The position numbers were made by a program, and so were the translations under genes. From Nitrosopumilales archaeon (GTDB taxonomy: Archaea > Thermoproteota > Nitrososphaeria > Nitrososphaerales > Nitrososphaeraceae), in the NCBI GenBank assembly GCA_044507735.1, contig JBIQJB010000009.1, positions 1 through 64,000 on the forward strand: DNA of 64,000 nt. Direction: 5' to 3'. The stretch's first letter is position 1. Each line of letters starts with the position of its first letter. The notes beneath the pieces were generated by a model. It did not search any database. It was given only the letters and a program-made list of their open reading frames with translations, and was not told the DNA's origin. Of this stretch, positions 61,708 to 64,000 are shown piece after piece.

Positions 61708-62448
61708 ATGGCGAGGATATTCCTAGGGGGCCTATTTGCTACGGTGGCAGTTCTGGTCGTTGGTGTGGCCATTGCCTTGCCGCCTTTCCTACAGCCACCT
61801 CGAGGTCCTCCAATAATGCTTGCCTTCAGCATCACAAAAGAAAATGACAACATCTTCGACTGGTGCTCTGGGCTATCTGACATTCTGAGGAACAATGATG
61901 TAGATGCAGTTGTCTTCTTCTCGGGAGTAATTGCAGAAAATCATCCGCAATGTGTCAATTCTTTTGGTGAGAACATTGACATTGGAAGCAGCACATATGG
62001 CTACAAGAACCTTGCCGCAATAACAGATTATTCGGAAAAACTCAAGGAAGTGCAAAATGGCAAGAATGCGGTTGACTTTGCAGGAGATCTCGATTCGAAA
62101 TCATTCAGAGCACCATATGGAAGCGTGGATGATGACATTTACTCGCTATTAGGCCGTTCTGGGATACTCGCCGACTTCTCTTACACCGATCGATATCACA
62201 AGTACTATCAAGGCAACTTCATCTGGTTCAGGATTACTGTTTACAACGCATCGTCTATTTCTGGAGAATACATTCGAGCGTCGCAATACAATGAAGATGA
62301 CAGGCCAATCCAAATCGACATAGATAACACCGTACCTCTGAGCAAGATTCAGGAAATCATTGACGCGCTAAAAGACAAACGGGCGAATTTCCTCAATGCG
62401 TCAGAGCTGACTGGCATTGAATTGACCGTACGAGGAGGTAGACAATAA
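61708..62448 (+). CDS. Membrane-anchored NodB/polysaccharide deacetylase-like protein with degenerate active site
   Basis: AVVFFSG..AE.HP, IGSSTYGY and FRAPYG motifs. The TFDD and HxxxH motifs are replaced. Confidence 0.8.
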   Translation: MARIFLGGLFATVAVLVVGVAIALPPFLQPPRGPPIMLAFSITKENDNIFDWCSGLSDILRNNDVDAVVFFSGVIAENHPQCVNSFGENIDIGSSTYGYKNLAAITDYSEKLKEVQNGKNAVDFAGDLDSKSFRAPYGSVDDDIYSLLGRSGILADFSYTDRYHKYYQGNFIWFRITVYNASSISGEYIRASQYNEDDRPIQIDIDNTVPLSKIQEIIDALKDKRANFLNASELTGIELTVRGGRQ

Positions 62449-62449
62449 C

Positions 62450-63853
62450 CTGCAAGTACAAGATCTACAAAAGTTTGAAAATACACAGACGATCGGCGCG
62501 GATGGAAGAATTGTAGTAAGAAGGTATGCTAAGGCACTAAGATTCCTCTTTCTGAGCGGGCTTGTAACATTTCTTGTTATTGGAGGATACAATACCATTG
62601 ATCTGAATAACCCTTTCATGGTCTATTCAACCATAGTTCCCATACATTCTGTCTTGATCCTGGTAGTTGCTTGGGGGATCTACAAAGACCCTGCACGGGG
62701 GCAACTTAGCAATGATCTGGTATCCGTGATAATACCAATCTACAACCAAAAATCTATGATCAGGTCAGTAATTGATGCGATATTTCGGTCTACATACCAA
62801 AACATCGAGATCATTGCAGTGAATGACGGGAGTAAAGATGGAACAAAGGAAGTCTTGAATGAGCTAGCTCTGAAATATCCTGGTCTTAAGGTTATTCATA
62901 AAGAGAATGCAGGAAAACGAAAAGCAGTTGGAACAGGATTTGCAGCTTCAAAAGGCCGGTTTGTTGTGTTTATTGACTCCGACAGCATTGTCCATCCAAA
63001 CGCGATAGAGCAATTCGTAAAGACATTCAACAGTGACGAGCGGATCGGAGCAGTTGTGGGAAATGCAAGAGCATGGAATGCAAATAATAATCTCCTTTCA
63101 AGACTCCAGTCGGTCTGGTACGACATCCAGTTCAACATACACAAGGCTTGTGAAAGCACATTTGGTCTCGTTATTTGCTGTTCCGGCTGTCTGTGTGCAT
63201 ATAGGCGCGAGGCCATAAGCGAGTTTATTCCACGCTGGGTTAACGCCAAGGTAATCATTGGAGATGATAGAGAACTAACATCATTTGTGACTGCGAAGTC
63301 CTGGGCAAAACCTGATCTGCTTTCGCATTTTGCGCAAGTGAACTTGGAAAAGGCAGCAAAATATGATGATGCAGAAGACAGGATTCTTACAGCGCAAACT
63401 ATAGTACAGTGGAAGGCGGTATATGTTGCATCGGCGGTTGTCTTTACCGACGTTCCTGAAAGATTCAAGGGATTCATTAAGCAGCAAATCCGGTGGAAGA
63501 GGGGGTATCTGCGCGCTCAGTTCTTTGTAAGCTCATTCTTTTGGCACAACAACCCAATCATGGCATTCATATTCTATCTCGAATTCATGGCATCACTTAC
63601 CATGCCACTCATCATTTTCACGGTTCTTGTGTACGAGCCGTTTTTCAGAGGAGAATATATGTTTAGCATTTTCTTCGTGATATCGCACATGGTGACTGGT
63701 ATGATTGAAGCAACTGATTCAAAGTTTAGAAATCCTAACGATCCTAACTGGAAATACAAGCCACTGATGAACGTATTGTCAACAACGGTACTTTCTTGGT
63801 TGGTAGTCTATTCCTGGCTTACACTGAAGACCGACAAGTGGGGGACGAGATAA
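62450..63853 (+). CDS. Processive GT2 polysaccharide synthase (hyaluronan synthase/NodC/IcaA-like), probable CTG start at 62450
   Basis: IIPIYN, NDGSKD, GKRKA, FIDSDS, CCSGCL.AYR, GDDR/EDR and QQIRW motifs with C-terminal TMs. The frame is open upstream of ATG 62618, with an extra TM and an RBS GAGGAGGT. Confidence 0.9.
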   Translation: MQVQDLQKFENTQTIGADGRIVVRRYAKALRFLFLSGLVTFLVIGGYNTIDLNNPFMVYSTIVPIHSVLILVVAWGIYKDPARGQLSNDLVSVIIPIYNQKSMIRSVIDAIFRSTYQNIEIIAVNDGSKDGTKEVLNELALKYPGLKVIHKENAGKRKAVGTGFAASKGRFVVFIDSDSIVHPNAIEQFVKTFNSDERIGAVVGNARAWNANNNLLSRLQSVWYDIQFNIHKACESTFGLVICCSGCLCAYRREAISEFIPRWVNAKVIIGDDRELTSFVTAKSWAKPDLLSHFAQVNLEKAAKYDDAEDRILTAQTIVQWKAVYVASAVVFTDVPERFKGFIKQQIRWKRGYLRAQFFVSSFFWHNNPIMAFIFYLEFMASLTMPLIIFTVLVYEPFFRGEYMFSIFFVISHMVTGMIEATDSKFRNPNDPNWKYKPLMNVLSTTVLSWLVVYSWLTLKTDKWGTR

Positions 63854-64000
63854 TTGATCCAACTTGCGGCTTCATCATTTGAGATTCTGCGCAGTCCTGG
63901 TCAACATCGATCGAATTCTAAACAAGAGCTATTGTCTGGCTATGTGTGCATAGAAAGCAACGATTCGAAATCACTCCAAGCATTAGGGAACCTGTGTACT

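Overview
This is an archaeal genome segment, most consistent with a soil ammonia-oxidising thaumarchaeote (Nitrososphaera-like). The assignment rests on a TFB paralog, thermosome, Csl4, Cdc48, zinc-containing ferredoxin, Amt, several cupredoxins and a tRNA with a bulge-helix-bulge intron. The first ~22.5 kb is accessory or island-like. It holds secreted proteins, a wHTH-fused tyrosine recombinase, a frameshifted cupredoxin, a CARF-like(DUF6293)/wHTH regulator divergent from a PIN - Zn-ribbon - rhomboid operon, a decayed tRNA-like sequence, an Hcp-like C-terminal remnant, a NarX/PilJ-type histidine kinase with its receiver, a candidate copper-handling gene pair, a site-2 protease, Dps and a TnpB remnant. 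The remainder is mostly core: pdaD, folP, guaB, a heat-shock regulator with thermosome, pheA, csl4, cdc48, a lysA-like gene, hisGDC-HAD-BHAF, HMG-CoA reductase, a CBS-HPF hibernation-factor-like gene, tRNA-Ser(UGA) with a D-loop intron, an ArsA/GET3 ATPase, ferredoxin, Amt and DegT. It ends in a UDP-sulfoquinovose synthase - degenerate deacetylase - processive GT2 cluster. All calls come from reading motifs by eye; no searches were run. The best candidates for undescribed systems are the CARF-PIN-rhomboid module (8.1-10.4 kb), the DxxxH/His-brace pair (18.2-19.4 kb) and the sulfoquinovose polysaccharide operon (60.4-63.9 kb).
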